64,000 nt of DNA from Myxococcota bacterium (GTDB lineage Bacteria; Myxococcota_A; SURF-8): assembly GCA_963674735.2 (NCBI GenBank), contig CAXXQS010000001.1, positions 1 to 64,000 of the forward strand, read 5' to 3'. Below are positions 30,264-39,973 of the stretch, piece after piece. The notes under the pieces were generated by a model that saw only the letters and a program-made list of their open reading frames with translations, did no database searches and had not been told where the DNA came from. The translations under genes were made by a program, and so were the position numbers. Within the stretch, counting starts at the first letter, position 1. Each line of letters begins with the position of its first letter.

Positions 30264-31754
30264 TCAGGATTGGGTGAGACCGGCGCGCCATTCCCGCTCG
30301 CAGTCATGCCAGAACATTTCCTCGGGGTGAACATCTGTGCGTCCGCCGTAAAAGCGAGTGCGGAAATCCTCGATCAGTTCCCAGAAACGCGTCGCGCCCA
30401 TCCAGTCCTCGCTGGTATAGGGAATGTCGAAAACATCGAGATGAGTGGCGGCTTGGGGCGTGAGCCGAATGTTGAGCAGATCCGGGTCGCGGTAAACGGC
30501 GTTATTGCGGGCCAGGGCAAAGCGTTGCATGAAGATGCCGTGTAGTTGCTCGCGGTGCTCGACGACCCAGTCGATGGTGTCATGCAGGTGGTGTTCCGGG
30601 AAGCCGGGGATATCGATAAGAAACATATTGAGACCGATTCCCGCAGGGTGGGCGCAGGCAATCATGTTTTCAAGATTGGCAAGCGAGGTGCCTTTGTGGA
30701 TGTACTGGAGGATTTCCTGAGAAACGGTTTCCATGCCGACCCATAGGTAGCGGCAACCTGCCCGATAGAGCAACTTGGCCAGGTCGGGCGTATAGTGGCG
30801 CTCGGCGCGCGACATCGCCACCCATTCCACATCGAGTTTGCGGCGCAGAAGTTCTTCCGATAGGGCTGCCATGGTTTCGGGATGGGTGGTGTTTTCACTC
30901 AGGACGAAACGCCGCAAGCCATGGCGTTCGATCAACGTCTGTATTTGGTCGACCACCTGCTCCACCGGCCGCTCGGTCATGGTTTTCCAGTCGACGTGAT
31001 GGTGGCAGAACAGACAATGTCCCCAATAGCAACCGAGACGGGTGGCCACCGGCAACAGTTGTGTCGGATAGAGCGACAGATCGAGGTCGCGAAATTCGGG
31101 GACGGGCAGTTCTTGGAGTGGAACGCCGCTTTGGGGCGGATTCACCTGGATGGTTCCATCGGGCAGACGCCAGTGAAAACCGGCAATATCCGATCCGTCC
31201 TCGCCGTTTTCCAGACTGCGGGCCAGTTCCAGCAGCGGTCGTTCTCCAGCAAACGTGACGGCTCCGTCGAAGTAGCTGAAAGCTTTGAGGAAATCCGGGA
31301 GAAGGTCGTGGGCCGTGGTGGTCCAGGGACCGCCGATAATGATGCGTGTTTCGGGCCTGGCTTGCTTGACTCGTTTCGCCAGCAACCCGGCGGGGAATAG
31401 CTGGGCGGTTCCGATGACGGAGATTCCAAGGATCGCGGCGGGCGATTTCAAAAAAGGTTTGAGGAAGGCCGACTCGAAGAAACGGTCGTACAGGGGATGC
31501 CCGTTTTCCACGGCTTCGATGAAGAAATCAAGCTGGTGATTGGAAAGCTTGAGTCGCCGCATGCGATCTTCATATTCCAGGCGCGGGAGGATCTGCGGGC
31601 GCGTCTTAAATAAGTGGATAAATAGTTGATTGAGGTCGATCTGGCGCACGCCCACGCCTTGTGCACGCAAGTAGGCGGTCATCTGCGGCAGCGACAGCTC
31701 GGGGATGGTGAGTTCGTCATTGTAGGGCGGTATCACGAGCTGAATCGGTATCAT
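30264..31754 (-). CDS. B12-binding radical SAM protein
   Basis: P.LSL..M.AYLR, IIIGGP, GE.PL, GCYWGHCLFC, GMET...L.YIHKG. Confidence 0.9.
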   Translation of the reverse strand: MIPIQLVIPPYNDELTIPELSLPQMTAYLRAQGVGVRQIDLNQLFIHLFKTRPQILPRLEYEDRMRRLKLSNHQLDFFIEAVENGHPLYDRFFESAFLKPFLKSPAAILGISVIGTAQLFPAGLLAKRVKQARPETRIIIGGPWTTTAHDLLPDFLKAFSYFDGAVTFAGERPLLELARSLENGEDGSDIAGFHWRLPDGTIQVNPPQSGVPLQELPVPEFRDLDLSLYPTQLLPVATRLGCYWGHCLFCHHHVDWKTMTERPVEQVVDQIQTLIERHGLRRFVLSENTTHPETMAALSEELLRRKLDVEWVAMSRAERHYTPDLAKLLYRAGCRYLWVGMETVSQEILQYIHKGTSLANLENMIACAHPAGIGLNMFLIDIPGFPEHHLHDTIDWVVEHREQLHGIFMQRFALARNNAVYRDPDLLNIRLTPQAATHLDVFDIPYTSEDWMGATRFWELIEDFRTRFYGGRTDVHPEEMFWHDCEREWRAGLTQS

Positions 31755-31962
31755 GGTGCGTCGGATCCTCTTCTGCACATCGGCGATGCCCAACCATAGC
31801 AAAAGGCGCCGGATCTCACAAGTTGAAGGCGCAGGTGATAGGCGAAATGGCGCTTCAAGTGGACAAGCCGTTCACCGGGTTGACATTTCCTGGTAGGTCG
31901 TTTAGCTTCCCCTTATGGTTGTCCCACTGTTGGTCTTGAGTCTTGGAAAGCGGAGGTAACTG

Positions 31963-34122
31963 ATGAATTCGCCCATCATCAAGCGGATGAACGTCTGTTT
32001 TTTTCTGCTCGTTTTGTTGGTTGCGGTTCCGGGCTGTTTAGGTGAATCCGCTTCGGAAGATCGCCGTTGCGATCCCGGCGAAATCGACGACTGCCACTGC
32101 GATGACGGCACGGAAGGCGAGCGCGAATGCTCGGACGACGGCATGGATTGGTCCGGTTGCTCTTGCTACTCGGCTGATGGGGACCGCGATAGCGATGGGG
32201 ACAGCGACCGTTGCCCGACCGGTTTCTACTGGAACGGCGAGATGTGCGTGCCCGGTGATGACCCGAACGACCACGATTGCCCGACCGGTTTCTACTGGAA
32301 TGGCGAGATGTGCGCGCCGGGTGACGATCCAAACGACCACGAATGCCCGACCGGTTTTTATTGGAACGGCGAAGCGTGTGTGCCGGGAGAAGATCCCGAT
32401 GGTGATTATCCCGATGGCGATTGTACGGCCACCTGCGAAGGTCGTGAATGCGGAGACGATGGTTGCGGAGGGAGTTGCGGAGAGTGTCTGCGCGGCGAGT
32501 GCGTCGGTTTCCAATGCCTGATGCCGCCAGGGACCCATTTCGACGAACCTGCCGAGTCATGGTCGGTTCCGGAGGGTGGTCGCAAGGACGGCGGCTTCGA
32601 CAAAACCGGTGGCGGCGTGCCGGGCGGTGAATACTATTACGGTTGGGAATCGTGGGTCACCATGGACATCAATGGCGATTATCTGCCGGATCTGGTGGTA
32701 ACGTCGACCTCCAGCGCCAAAGACGGCTATTATTACTGGGATCGCGTGTTTAGCGACGACGACGGGGGGTATTGGAAAGTCTATTTCAATAGCGAAGACG
32801 GATTCCAGGAAAATGCGGTTAAGTGGCGGGTTCCCGATGGCGGAAAAAAAGACGGCGGATTCGACAAAACCGGTGGCGGTGTACCGGGTGGCGAGTACTA
32901 CTACGGCTGGGAGTCGTGGACCACGATGGATATCGATGGCGATCGTCTCCCGGATCTGGTGGTGACGTCGACCTCCAGCGCCAAAGACGGCTATTATTAC
33001 TGGGATCGCGTATTTAGCGATGATGATGGGGCTTACTGGAAAGTTTTCAAGAACAACGGCTCCGGTTTTGAAATGAATGCGGTCAAATGGCGGGTCCCGG
33101 AGGGCGGCCGCAAGGACGGCGGCTTCGACAAGACCGGTGGCGGTGTACCGGGTGGTGAGTACTACTACGGCTGGGAGTCGTGGTCGACGGTGGACATGAC
33201 CGGCGACGGTCTGCCGGATCTGGTGGTGACGTCGACCTCCAGCGCCAAAGACGGCTATTACTACTGGGATCGCGTGTTTACGGATGATGATGGAGCCTAC
33301 TGGAAAGTCTTCGAAAATACCGGTTCCGGCTTCGAGATGACGGCGAATAAATGGCGGGTTCCGGAGGGCGGTCGCAAGGATGGCGGCTTCGACAAGACCG
33401 GTGGCGGTGTACCGGGTGGCGAGTACTACTACGGCTGGGAGTCGTGGACCACGATGGATATCGATGGCGATCGTCTCCCGGATCTGGTGGTAACCTCCAC
33501 ATCCAGCGCCAAAGACGGTTACTATTATTGGGATCGCGTGTTCTCCGATGACGACGGAGCCTATTGGAAAGTTTTTGGCAATACGGGTTCCGGTTTCGCC
33601 ATGCGTGCGGACAAATGGCGGGTTCCGGATGGTGGTCGCAAGGACGGTGGATTCGACAAAACCGGTGGTGGCGTGCCGGGCGGTGAATACTATTACGGTT
33701 GGGAATCGTGGTCGACGGTGGACATGACCGGCGACGGTCTCCCGGATCTGGTGGTGACCTCGACCTCCAGCGCGAAAGACGGCTATTACTACTGGGATCG
33801 CGTGTTCTCCGATGACGACGGAGCCTATTGGAAAGTCTTCGAAAATACCGGCAGCGCCTTCGCGGCCAGTCGCGACAAGTGGCGGGTCCCCGAGGGCGGA
33901 AAAAAAGACGGTGGTTTCGATAAGTTGGGCGGCGGTGTGCCGGGCGGCGAGTACTATTACGGCTGGGAGTCGTGGGCGACCCTGGACCTCACTGGCGACG
34001 GCTTGTTGGATCTGGTGGTGACGTCGACCTCCAGCGCCAAAGACGGTTACTATTATTGGGATCGCGTGTTGGGATGGGCGAACGATGATTTGCATTGGAA
34101 CGTCTTCCCGGGTACGCCGTAA
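31963..34122 (+). CDS. Lipoprotein with Cys-rich repeats and six near-identical 88-aa FG-GAP/VCBS-like repeats
   Basis: Lipobox-like VPGC; each repeat contains DxxGDxLxDLVV; 264-bp period. Confidence 0.88.
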   Translation: MNSPIIKRMNVCFFLLVLLVAVPGCLGESASEDRRCDPGEIDDCHCDDGTEGERECSDDGMDWSGCSCYSADGDRDSDGDSDRCPTGFYWNGEMCVPGDDPNDHDCPTGFYWNGEMCAPGDDPNDHECPTGFYWNGEACVPGEDPDGDYPDGDCTATCEGRECGDDGCGGSCGECLRGECVGFQCLMPPGTHFDEPAESWSVPEGGRKDGGFDKTGGGVPGGEYYYGWESWVTMDINGDYLPDLVVTSTSSAKDGYYYWDRVFSDDDGGYWKVYFNSEDGFQENAVKWRVPDGGKKDGGFDKTGGGVPGGEYYYGWESWTTMDIDGDRLPDLVVTSTSSAKDGYYYWDRVFSDDDGAYWKVFKNNGSGFEMNAVKWRVPEGGRKDGGFDKTGGGVPGGEYYYGWESWSTVDMTGDGLPDLVVTSTSSAKDGYYYWDRVFTDDDGAYWKVFENTGSGFEMTANKWRVPEGGRKDGGFDKTGGGVPGGEYYYGWESWTTMDIDGDRLPDLVVTSTSSAKDGYYYWDRVFSDDDGAYWKVFGNTGSGFAMRADKWRVPDGGRKDGGFDKTGGGVPGGEYYYGWESWSTVDMTGDGLPDLVVTSTSSAKDGYYYWDRVFSDDDGAYWKVFENTGSAFAASRDKWRVPEGGKKDGGFDKLGGGVPGGEYYYGWESWATLDLTGDGLLDLVVTSTSSAKDGYYYWDRVLGWANDDLHWNVFPGTP
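32212..32400 (+). repeat. Three 66-bp tandem coding repeats (CPTGFYWNGExCxPGxDP)
   Basis: Units begin at 32212, 32278 and 32344. Confidence 0.9.
32560..34119 (+). repeat. Six 264-bp tandem coding repeats
   Basis: Units begin at 32560, 32824, 33088, 33352, 33616 and 33880; the last is shorter. Confidence 0.92.
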
Positions 34123-34134
34123 ATCCCGACCATG

Positions 34135-34198
34135 AAAAAGACAAAAAGACAAAAAGACAAAAAGACCGGATCCCTTTCGACGGGTCCGGTCTTTTTTC
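34135..34198 (+). terminator. Intrinsic terminator preceded by (AAAAAGAC)x4
   Basis: Hairpin aaaaagaccgga...tccggtctttttt directly after the repeat gene. Confidence 0.85.
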
Positions 34199-34295
34199 TG
34201 TTAAAAGCATTTCGGGATCATCCGATAATAGGTTAAAATCGCTCGAATTATCGGCGAACAACGCAACAGCGGCCACGAACTGAAATGCGGAAAAC

Positions 34296-35309
34296 ATGAT
34301 CATCTATTCCAACCTTCAATATGCGCATCAACCACGTTCGGAATGGAGCTTTGGTCGAGCGGTTCCCTACCCCGAAAAGCCGGGACGCATCCGCCGGATT
34401 TTGGCCAGTTTGCGAAAGCGCGGTTATGAGAAGCAGTTTGTCGAAGCCAAAAGCTTCGCGCTCGCAAACATTCTACGCGTACACGACCGCCGCATGGTGC
34501 AGCACATCAAAAGCTGCGCGTCGTTGCCGGCCGGGGAGAAGGTATACGCCCACATTTTCCCCTATCGGCATCTGGAAGTTGCCCCACAAACCGACCTGAA
34601 ACGGGCCGGTTTTTATTGTTTCGATGTCGGAACTCAGATCGATCGGCACACGTTTTCCGCCGCCAAATCGGCGGTCGATGTCGCTCTCCACGGTACGCAG
34701 TTGATTTTAAAAGGAAAATCCAAGCGTGTCTTTGCCCTCTGTCGCCCGCCCGGTCACCATGCCGATCGCGCCATGTATGGCGGTTACTGCTATTTCAACA
34801 ACGCCGCCATTGCCGCCTACTTCTTGTCTCAGCGCGGACGGGTGGTGATTCTCGACCTGGACTTCCATCACGGCAACGGGACTCAGTATCTTTTCTACAA
34901 TCTTCCCAACATTTCCTTCATCTCCATTCACGGCGACCCGGCGCGTCACTACCCTTACTTCTGCGGCTTTCGCCATGAACGCGGCGATGGGATGGGGGTG
35001 GGACATAACTGGAATCTGCCGTTGCCGGATGGTGTCGATGATGCGGAGTATGCGGTTGTCTTGAAAAAAGTATTGAAACGGATTCGCAGTTATCGACCCG
35101 CCGGGTTAATTGTTTCGATGGGTTTCGACACCTTCATCGACGATCCATTGGGAACCTTTGCTCTCAGCCGCGACTTCTACCATCGTATCGGACAACAGAT
35201 CGCCGCTCTCGATCTGCCCACCTTGGCGTGTTTGGAGGGGGGGTATGATGTCGGGGACTTGGGTGAAAACGCCACCAATTTTTATGAAGGCCTGATGCAG
35301 CGCGGATAG
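34296..35309 (+). CDS. Histone deacetylase family protein (acetylpolyamine amidohydrolase-like)
   Basis: PEKP.R, RPPGHHA, GGYCYFNN, DLDFHHGNGTQ, SMGFD..DDP, LEGGY. Confidence 0.93.
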   Translation: MIIYSNLQYAHQPRSEWSFGRAVPYPEKPGRIRRILASLRKRGYEKQFVEAKSFALANILRVHDRRMVQHIKSCASLPAGEKVYAHIFPYRHLEVAPQTDLKRAGFYCFDVGTQIDRHTFSAAKSAVDVALHGTQLILKGKSKRVFALCRPPGHHADRAMYGGYCYFNNAAIAAYFLSQRGRVVILDLDFHHGNGTQYLFYNLPNISFISIHGDPARHYPYFCGFRHERGDGMGVGHNWNLPLPDGVDDAEYAVVLKKVLKRIRSYRPAGLIVSMGFDTFIDDPLGTFALSRDFYHRIGQQIAALDLPTLACLEGGYDVGDLGENATNFYEGLMQRG

Positions 35310-35579
35310 CGGAAACGCCACCGGAAGCGGCATTTTTCGGACGTGCAAGCGCCGTTTGAAAAGGTTGCGTCAATAAAACATTCACCCTCCGAATAAAATG
35401 TGTTAAGTAAATTTATCTGCGATGAGAACCGGTCGACTGTGGTTGCGAAGCAATCATGGTGTCCCCTATCGTCGTTTTGCCTACGGCTTCGTTTGGTCGA
35501 CGGAGTCTCGGTATGCGGGCGAGAGTTCCGCGACGATAATTCATTTCCTGAGGAAAATGGGAGAGATGACGTGACTCCG

Positions 35580-38252
35580 ATGAAACGGTATATCTTGGCT
35601 GGGCTGATTGTTTTGCTTACTATCGGTTTGGGTGCCTGTGCGGATAGCAATGACAACCAACCCGACGGCGATATGGACGACGACACCCCGACGGAAAGCG
35701 ATTTGGATCCGTCGGAGAGCGACTCGCCCGAGCTGGATGTTGTGGAAATGGATGATGAAATCGATGGGGATGGCGAAGCCGAAGAAGAGGAAGAAGCCCC
35801 GCCGGTGATCGCGTTTTCCATCACGGCCTCATCCCATTGCGTGCAGGTGGACGATACTGCCAGCCCATCCGAGCAGACGGCCGCCGAAGAGTTGCGCAGC
35901 ACGTTGGAGGAAATCTTCGGAGTTGCGCAGTTGTTTTGCGATGATGCGGCTGCCCAGGATCGCGCCAAGATCGTGGTGGGAATGGGTGCGTCGGCCGAAG
36001 CCTTGGGCGCGGACCCCGATCCGGAAGCGCTTGGGGAGCAGGGCCATCTCATCCGCACGATTCCGCCCGATCTCGTGATTGCCGGTACGGCCGGGGCAGG
36101 TACGATGTATGGCGTTCATCGTTTTCTCGAAAGAATAGCCGGGGTTCGTTGGCTCGCCCCCGGTGTGACGCAGATTCCAACGTTGTCTGAAATTCCGGTG
36201 CCGGAAAACGACCGGATTGTGACGCCCGCCTTTTTGTGGCGCGACACCTATTACACCTGGCCGGGCGGCGACGATGCCTTTCAGGCGCACATGGCCGATA
36301 ACGCGGGGGGGCATGGGAGCGACGATCCCTACGGCTTGGAATACGCCTTCGACGGCACCTGCCATACCTATTTCCGCTTCATCAGTCCCGGCGAGTATTT
36401 CGACGAACACCCCGAATATTTTTCGGAAATCGGCGGCGTGCGGGTGCGCGATGAAACGCAGCTGTGCCTCACCAACCCCGACGTACTCGACATCGTGACC
36501 GAGAAAATGCTGGCTCGCATGGCCGACAACCCCAACGTGCGCCAGCATAATTTTTCGCAGATGGATCACTACAATTATTGCGAATGCGACGCCTGCCGCG
36601 CAAAAAACGAGCAGTACGGCACCAGCGGCGGCACGCAGTTCTGGTTCATCAACGAACTGGCTAAACGCACGGCGGAAGTCTACCCCGATAAATTGGTCGG
36701 CACACTGGCCTATATGTACACCGAGGAGCCGCCCGTCGGGCTGACCATGCATCCGAACGCGGCGGTTTGGCTTTGCCACATGTACCCATCCTGCGACAGT
36801 CATCCGATCGAAAGCTGTCCGCTCAATGCCGATTACAAGCGGCGTGCGCTGGCTTGGGCCGATCTTACCGAGCATCTCTACGTTTGGCATTACATCACGG
36901 ATTTTACGCATTATTACGTGCCGTTCCCCAACTTCGACGCCATGTCGGCGGATATGCGTTTCTACCGTGATATCGGGGTGGAAGGGATTTTCCTGCAAGG
37001 TATGGGGCAAGGTGGCGGTGGTGGAGAATGGAGCCTGCTGCGTCCCTATTACGGGGCCCACCTGTTATGGAACCCCGACCGCAACCCGCAGGCCTTGCGT
37101 CGTGAATTTTTAGAGGGCTATTACGGGGCCGCCGCGGAACCGCTGGAACGCTATATCGAATTGCTGCAAGCGAAAGTGCGCGATGACGACATTCATATGC
37201 ACCTCTACACCAACCCGGCCCAGGGCTATCTGCCCGATGACATTGTGTCGCAGGCCGAGGCCGCCTTCGACGAAGCCGAGAGTCTGGTGGCCGACGACGA
37301 GGAAATCCTCGAACGTGTTCGCGTGGCTCGCATGCCGCTGACGTATACGAAGATGTTTCCCCATAACGGAAACGACATCGTGGACGAACGCATCCACTGG
37401 TTGTCGGAAATCGCCGACTGGGGAGAGGTGCAGGATTTCTTCGAGCGCATGGAAGCGCATGGTTTCCAGATCGTGCGCGAACAGGCCGGAGATCGCGCCA
37501 GCATGGAACTCTTGTATTTGTTGATGTCGGGTGATCCGCAGGTCTACACGATCGAAAACAGCAAGCTGGCCATCGAAATCGTCCCGAACCTGGGCGCGCG
37601 TGCCCTGCGTATCACACACAAGGCCAGCGGCGAATGCATCACCGCCTGGAACGTCAAGCAGGGGTTGTTTTATCCCTTCAACGGCGGGCTGGAAGATCGG
37701 ATCGGCGGGATCATTCCCTTCGGTTGGGTGGAGCCGGGAGCCATCGTGGCCCAGGAAGACACCCTTTTCGGGACACAGCAGAACACCATGAACGGCTTCA
37801 AAGTCCGGCGTGAAATCGCACTCGACGGAAACGAGGCGGCCTTTACCGTTCGCACGACGGTCACAAACCCGTCCGATGGTCCGCTTCTGTGTCAGTTGCG
37901 CGAGCATGTGGAATACGATCTCGGGTCCGTTCAATCGACGCGCGTGGCCTTTACCGCTCGTTCCGGTGCCTCGGTGGATCAGGACATGAGTGCCGTCATC
38001 GCCGGTATGCGGGAGGGAGTTCACTATTACGATCAGGATGTTCCGTTGAATGAATGGAAATTGCGCGGCGATAAAGGCTTGGAGGTCGTGGAGAGCTTCG
38101 ATGATGCGCAGGTGGATTACACCTGGATTTACGCCTTTCCCGAAAGCTTGAACGAAGTGGAGTGCGAAGTGGCGGTCAAGCCGCAGACGCTCGAAGCCGG
38201 GGAGAGCATTATCTTCGAACGCCGTTTCGAGATCAACAGCCTGGACGACTGA
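35580..38252 (+). CDS. DUF4838-like lipoprotein (putative glycoside-hydrolase-like fold)
   Basis: Lipobox LGAC, DGD linker, GTMYGV..FLE..GVRW..P, HPEYF, QLCLTNP, CEC..C, TLAY.YT..PP. Confidence 0.8.
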   Translation: MKRYILAGLIVLLTIGLGACADSNDNQPDGDMDDDTPTESDLDPSESDSPELDVVEMDDEIDGDGEAEEEEEAPPVIAFSITASSHCVQVDDTASPSEQTAAEELRSTLEEIFGVAQLFCDDAAAQDRAKIVVGMGASAEALGADPDPEALGEQGHLIRTIPPDLVIAGTAGAGTMYGVHRFLERIAGVRWLAPGVTQIPTLSEIPVPENDRIVTPAFLWRDTYYTWPGGDDAFQAHMADNAGGHGSDDPYGLEYAFDGTCHTYFRFISPGEYFDEHPEYFSEIGGVRVRDETQLCLTNPDVLDIVTEKMLARMADNPNVRQHNFSQMDHYNYCECDACRAKNEQYGTSGGTQFWFINELAKRTAEVYPDKLVGTLAYMYTEEPPVGLTMHPNAAVWLCHMYPSCDSHPIESCPLNADYKRRALAWADLTEHLYVWHYITDFTHYYVPFPNFDAMSADMRFYRDIGVEGIFLQGMGQGGGGGEWSLLRPYYGAHLLWNPDRNPQALRREFLEGYYGAAAEPLERYIELLQAKVRDDDIHMHLYTNPAQGYLPDDIVSQAEAAFDEAESLVADDEEILERVRVARMPLTYTKMFPHNGNDIVDERIHWLSEIADWGEVQDFFERMEAHGFQIVREQAGDRASMELLYLLMSGDPQVYTIENSKLAIEIVPNLGARALRITHKASGECITAWNVKQGLFYPFNGGLEDRIGGIIPFGWVEPGAIVAQEDTLFGTQQNTMNGFKVRREIALDGNEAAFTVRTTVTNPSDGPLLCQLREHVEYDLGSVQSTRVAFTARSGASVDQDMSAVIAGMREGVHYYDQDVPLNEWKLRGDKGLEVVESFDDAQVDYTWIYAFPESLNEVECEVAVKPQTLEAGESIIFERRFEINSLDD

Positions 38253-38269
38253 GCGTGTCCATCTTTTAA

Positions 38270-38660
38270 ACCGGTTCCGCACAAGTAGCTGGGGAGGCGA
38301 TTGACTGTCTGAAACAGTAGGTCGGACAGATTCTTTGTCCGACACATGAATTGTCGGGCACATTGTGCTCGACCTACGTGGCTTGGTTTCGCCATTGCCC
38401 GAATGATGGGCAACAAGTTGCCCATCCTACCTTTCTGCACCCTCACCCGTCGACCCATGGTCGGCGACCTCTCCCCCTAAGCAGGAACCGGGCTCTGTCC
38501 TGTTCCGCATGGTTGTCTCGATCTTTCATCACAAACGGCCCATCCGAGACAAGGCAGGAGCCCGTCACAGACGCGCTCCAACAGGAGGGTCGGACAAATT
38601 CTTTGTCCGACAATTATAATCTCCCTTTTTGTCGGACAGAATATCTGTCCGACCTACAGC
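38270..38660. repeat. Mosaic of REP-like palindromes (BIME/REPIN-like)
   Basis: GTAG-gtcggacaga..tgtccgac at 38317-38344 with an inverted partner at 38630-38657 and a third copy near 38585-38612; gatgggcaacaagttgcccatcctac at 38405-38430. Confidence 0.85.
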
Positions 38661-38793
38661 TGCTTCCACCCCGTGATGCATCCGCTAAAGCTTGTACTCA
38701 GTCTAATATTTCCTTTGGTGGTTGCAATGATCGTCTGACGTGTTACACTAAAGCCTCCTAAAAAAGTATGATTCCAAATAGCGAGGTAATGCC

Positions 38794-39906
38794 ATGAGAT
38801 CGTCTCTCTGTCGGCTCGTTTTGTTGGGTGTCTTTCTTTTGTCCGCCTGCTCGGGCGATGACTACCAAAACGATGGGATATCGCCGGATGGCGACCAGCC
38901 GGATGGCGATGAGGCTCCGGCGGACGGCGATGACGGCGATGGTGATGATGATCCGGCCCTGATCGAGTATGCGCCGCTCGCGTTGGAAGCGAGTGAAGCG
39001 CCGTTCGATTTAGGCGAGGTCGAAGCCGACTATTTTCAGGATGTGGCCTACGGCGATGATGAACTTCAAACCTTCGACTTTTTCCTGGCGGACTCCGCTG
39101 AGCCCACCCCTTTGATCGTCTATATCCATGGCGGAGGCTTCACGGGAGGTGACAAGGAAGGCATTTACGATAATTCGGATGAGATTCTGGAAGCACTCGA
39201 AAATGGGGTTTCTTTTGGAACGATCAACTATCGCTTGCTGGCCGATGTGGACCCCGACGGCGTGATCAAATCGCTTTCCGATTCCGCGCGTTGTTTGCAA
39301 TTCATGCGCTATTTTTCCGAAACCCTCAACATCGATCCCGAACGTATTGCGTTATACGGCGGTTCGGCCGGGGCCGGGACAAGCCTTTGGCTCGGATTCC
39401 ATGACGACATGGCCGATGAGGAAAGCCTGGACCCGGTGGAGTGGGAATCGACGCGGGTGGCGGCCGTCGGTGCCATTGAAACACAGGCGACTTACGACCT
39501 GATGCGTTGGACCGATGACATTCTGGCGCAATTCGGCATCACCTTCAATTTGGTGTTTGCGCTGCTACCCGAAGCCGAGCAGTTGCTGCTTTCGTTTTAC
39601 GGCATCGACGAATTCGAGGAGATCGAATCGGAGGAGATCGTCGCTTATCGAGCTAATGTGGATATGCTGGCTTTGATGTCGGACGACGATGCGCCCATGT
39701 TCGTGATGAACACCAGTGTCGATCCGGGCGTGCCGAGCGACTTGAACGGCTTTTTCCACCATCCCAATCACGCCTTGTTCTTGAAGGAACGCGCCGACGA
39801 AGTAGGCCTGGAGTATATCGCCCACATTCCCGAACTGGAGATCGAGGACGCAAGCGAAACACGGGTGATTCCCTTCCTGCTGGACCATTTGGGGGTGTCG
39901 GAGTAA
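38794..39906 (+). CDS. Alpha/beta hydrolase (HSL-like esterase) lipoprotein
   Basis: Lipobox LSAC, IHGGGF..GDK, INYRL, GGSAG, HHP. Confidence 0.88.
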   Translation: MRSSLCRLVLLGVFLLSACSGDDYQNDGISPDGDQPDGDEAPADGDDGDGDDDPALIEYAPLALEASEAPFDLGEVEADYFQDVAYGDDELQTFDFFLADSAEPTPLIVYIHGGGFTGGDKEGIYDNSDEILEALENGVSFGTINYRLLADVDPDGVIKSLSDSARCLQFMRYFSETLNIDPERIALYGGSAGAGTSLWLGFHDDMADEESLDPVEWESTRVAAVGAIETQATYDLMRWTDDILAQFGITFNLVFALLPEAEQLLLSFYGIDEFEEIESEEIVAYRANVDMLALMSDDDAPMFVMNTSVDPGVPSDLNGFFHHPNHALFLKERADEVGLEYIAHIPELEIEDASETRVIPFLLDHLGVSE

Positions 39907-39973
39907 ACGACGACTCGCGTTTGCACGCAGCCGGCGTGGCGGCGCTCGGCAGAGATCCTGGATCGACACGGTT

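Noticed and set aside
32560-34119. Possible CRISPR array or other non-coding repeat array
   Set aside because: The units are 264 bp, in frame, vary synonymously and have no unique spacers; no cas genes are present.
32557-34152. 531-aa ORF on the minus strand
   Set aside because: Antisense shadow of the repeat lipoprotein. Similar shadows occur at 10383-11684, 11789-13177, 15804-16991, 35829-38363 and 59869-61137.
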